The position numbers and the translations under genes were made by a program. From IMG/VR virus record IMGVR_UViG_3300025096_000106, positions 1 to 26,759 of that record: a stretch of DNA of 26,759 nt; one strand, written 5' to 3'. This document shows, in pieces, positions 24,547 through 26,759 of the stretch. The notes below the pieces were generated by a model. That model saw only the letters and a list, made by a program, of their open reading frames with translations, made no database searches and was not told the DNA's origin. Source of the stretch: a virus (taxonomy: Duplodnaviria > Caudoviricetes). Position 1 is the first letter of the stretch. The number at the start of each line of letters is the position of its first letter.

Positions 24547-25693
24547 CTTGCTTAATGCTCCCAATTAAATATGATTCTACTTCTGTTTCCTGAGGAGCAA
24601 CTTGCATACCTTTAGAAGATAACCAGTGCTCTGTCCATGGAAGAGGGTTATTACTAACAGGAGTATCAAAAATTGCCTTTAATCCAATAGACTTTAGACG
24701 ACGATTAGCAGTCCACTCAACATACTTAGCAAGAAGTTTGTCATTAAGACCAATAAGAGATCCATCTCGGAACAAATACTCTGCCCAAGACTTCTCTTCT
24801 TCTACACACTCACGGAACATCTGATAGACATTCTCTTCCTCTTCCTTAGCAATCTCAATCATCTCAGGATCATCACCCTCCAACCATTTTTTGATAATGT
24901 TCTTAGTGATAGTCATGTGCTGACTTTCATCTCTAGCAATGAGACCAATAATCTTAGCAGATCCTTCTAGAAGTTTAAGTTCACCAAAAGCAAACGAACA
25001 AGCAAATGATACGTAGAATCTGATTCCTTCAAGTATGTAGACATTAGCCATTGCTCTGTAAAGTTTTCTTTTAACATCATTAAGTGTGTATTCAGCATTG
25101 ATATGATCTCTCCACCCATCTCTCCAATGATTACTCTGACCATACTCATGTCCTGCATTAATAAAATCATCGTATGCCTTGGTAACTGATTGTGCTCTCT
25201 GGAGGATCTTCTCGTCGTCTAAAATATGATCAAAAACATCAGAGGGGTCAGCATATACATTTTTAATAATGTGGGTGTATGAGCGACTATGGATCATCTC
25301 CATGGTCTGCCAGATATTCATACATGCTTCCAACTCAGGTAGAGAACAGTATGGTGCGAATGCCATACCAGGTGCTCTACCTTGTACAGAATCTAAAAGA
25401 ATCTGATACTTAAGGTTGCTAGTAAAGATGTGTCTCTGTGCTTCATTTAATGTCTGATAATCTGCTCTGTCTTTCTGGAGAGAGACTTCTTCTGGTCTCC
25501 AAAAATATCCAAGTTGATTCTGTGTAAGTTTGTCAAAGATAGGATACTTAAACTTATCATATCTTTGGACTCCAAGAGGAGGTCCAAAGAACATTTTTTG
25601 TTTGGTGCTGTCAACAATATCCGTATTGAATACTGTCATTCCTTCAACTTTAGTAGCCATGGGTTCGTTAACTCTAAATTTTGCAACTGTCAC
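24509..25693 (-). CDS. nrdB: Ribonucleotide reductase class Ia beta subunit
   Basis: FWRPEEVSL, LDSVQGR, EMIHSRSY (radical Tyr), LEGIRFYVSF, RDESQH, VAPQETEVESY. Confidence 0.98.
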   Translation of the reverse strand: MTVAKFRVNEPMATKVEGMTVFNTDIVDSTKQKMFFGPPLGVQRYDKFKYPIFDKLTQNQLGYFWRPEEVSLQKDRADYQTLNEAQRHIFTSNLKYQILLDSVQGRAPGMAFAPYCSLPELEACMNIWQTMEMIHSRSYTHIIKNVYADPSDVFDHILDDEKILQRAQSVTKAYDDFINAGHEYGQSNHWRDGWRDHINAEYTLNDVKRKLYRAMANVYILEGIRFYVSFACSFAFGELKLLEGSAKIIGLIARDESQHMTITKNIIKKWLEGDDPEMIEIAKEEEENVYQMFRECVEEEKSWAEYLFRDGSLIGLNDKLLAKYVEWTANRRLKSIGLKAIFDTPVSNNPLPWTEHWLSSKGMQVAPQETEVESYLIGSIKQDVEKDTFAGFQL

Positions 25694-26759
25694 AATCTTC
25701 TTCCTCTGATTCTAGTATTTGGTTTAATAGATCTTCAATTGATTCTTTTTTCTCCTCTGTTAGTTCTTGCTGATCATCTTTATTATCGTATGTGTTTTGA
25801 TAATAAGAAGTTTTCCATCCATACTTGTATGTCTTCAGGAAATCACCTGCCATAACAGATACTGGAACTTCATTGTTCTCATAGTTTTCTGGATTATAAC
25901 TCCAGTTTCCAGAAATTGCCTGGTCAAAGAACTTTTGCATAGCGGCAACGATTTTAATATATCCATCGTTGTCTTTCATATCCCATAAAAGAGTGTAGTT
26001 ATTCTTGAGACTACCATACTGAGGAACGATCTGTTTGAGTGGTCCTTTCTTGGACTTTTTAGTGGACAGATATCCTCTAGGTGGTTCAATTCCATTGGTT
26101 GCATTTGACACAACGGAACTGCTTTCCGATGGCATTTGTGCCGACAGTGTTGAGTGCCGTAAACCGTGGGTAATGATAGATTCTCTAAGACCTTCCCAAT
26201 CATGATTCAATTCCGTTCCACAGAACTCATCGATATCACGCTTGTAAGTGTCGATTGGGAGGATACCGTCTGCATACTTGGTTCTATCAAAATATCCACA
26301 CTTGCCCTTCTCTTGAGCGATGGCATTACTTGACTTGAGCAAGTAATATTGGAAAGATTCAGACAAGTCGTGGACGAGTTTCCATGCTCCTGGGTCATCG
26401 TAGTGTTCTCCATTTTTTGCTAGGTAATGTGCGAGTCCGATATAACCAATACCAAGAGATCTACGATTCTTGGTGCTCAATTCTGCTGCTTCTACTGGAT
26501 ACTCCTGATAATCTACCAGTTCCTCCAGACCACGAACAGCAAGATCACAAATTTCTTCCAGTTCATCTTTCTTTGATACCTTACCTATGTTAACAGCAGA
26601 CAAGATACACAAAGCAATCTCACCATTAGGGTCATCGATATGTTGGAGAGGTGTAGTAGGTAGAGTAACCTCTTGACAGAGATTACTCATATTTACCTTA
26701 TCTTTGAAGGAAGAATGGAAGTTACAGTGATCAATGTTCATAATATAAACACGACCAGT
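25674..26759 (-). CDS. nrdA: Ribonucleotide reductase class Ia alpha subunit, C-terminal part (5' end outside the window)
   Basis: SNLCQE active site, CILSAVN, MPSESSS, NGIEP, KTSYY and C-terminal CDSCKI; the frame is open to the window edge. Confidence 0.98.
   Translation of the reverse strand, partial: TGRVYIMNIDHCNFHSSFKDKVNMSNLCQEVTLPTTPLQHIDDPNGEIALCILSAVNIGKVSKKDELEEICDLAVRGLEELVDYQEYPVEAAELSTKNRRSLGIGYIGLAHYLAKNGEHYDDPGAWKLVHDLSESFQYYLLKSSNAIAQEKGKCGYFDRTKYADGILPIDTYKRDIDEFCGTELNHDWEGLRESIITHGLRHSTLSAQMPSESSSVVSNATNGIEPPRGYLSTKKSKKGPLKQIVPQYGSLKNNYTLLWDMKDNDGYIKIVAAMQKFFDQAISGNWSYNPENYENNEVPVSVMAGDFLKTYKYGWKTSYYQNTYDNKDDQQELTEEKKESIEDLLNQILESEEEDCDSCKI

Noticed and set aside
24967-26593. 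Short alternative-frame and antisense ORFs within nrdA/nrdB
   Set aside because: They are 67-113 aa with no RBS or motifs, as expected by chance from codon bias.
24509-26759. Group I intron or intein in nrdA/nrdB
   Set aside because: Both frames are continuous with expected motif spacing and show no splicing motifs in the visible part.

Overview
This window is part of a T4-like marine cyanophage (cyanomyovirus) genome, and almost all genes lie on the - strand. In transcription order (right to left) it carries: class Ia ribonucleotide reductase nrdA (partial) and nrdB; the bilin reductase pcyA; a GIY-YIG nuclease; a SleB-type cell-wall hydrolase; a 2OG-Fe(II) oxygenase; a dense RNA cluster (tRNA-Arg, tRNA-Gly, a permuted two-piece tmRNA, a non-canonical tRNA-Asn, an HNH endonuclease, tRNA-Asp); small genes, transaldolase talC and a Phd/YefM-like gene; a manA-like RNA with a second, partly decayed tRNA set; and an 18 kb AT-rich block of six large late/virion genes (beta-helix protein, two RYQPG paralogues, LRR protein, PA14 protein). 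Two signals stand out. First, a phycobiliprotein-like globin domain with an intact K-C-x-R-D chromophore-attachment motif is inserted in a 1207 aa putative virion protein, in the same window as pcyA. Second, every tRNA species appears as an intact copy plus broken or duplicated copies around an HNH endonuclease, which suggests repeated tRNA replacement. All calls come from reading motifs by eye; no searches were run.
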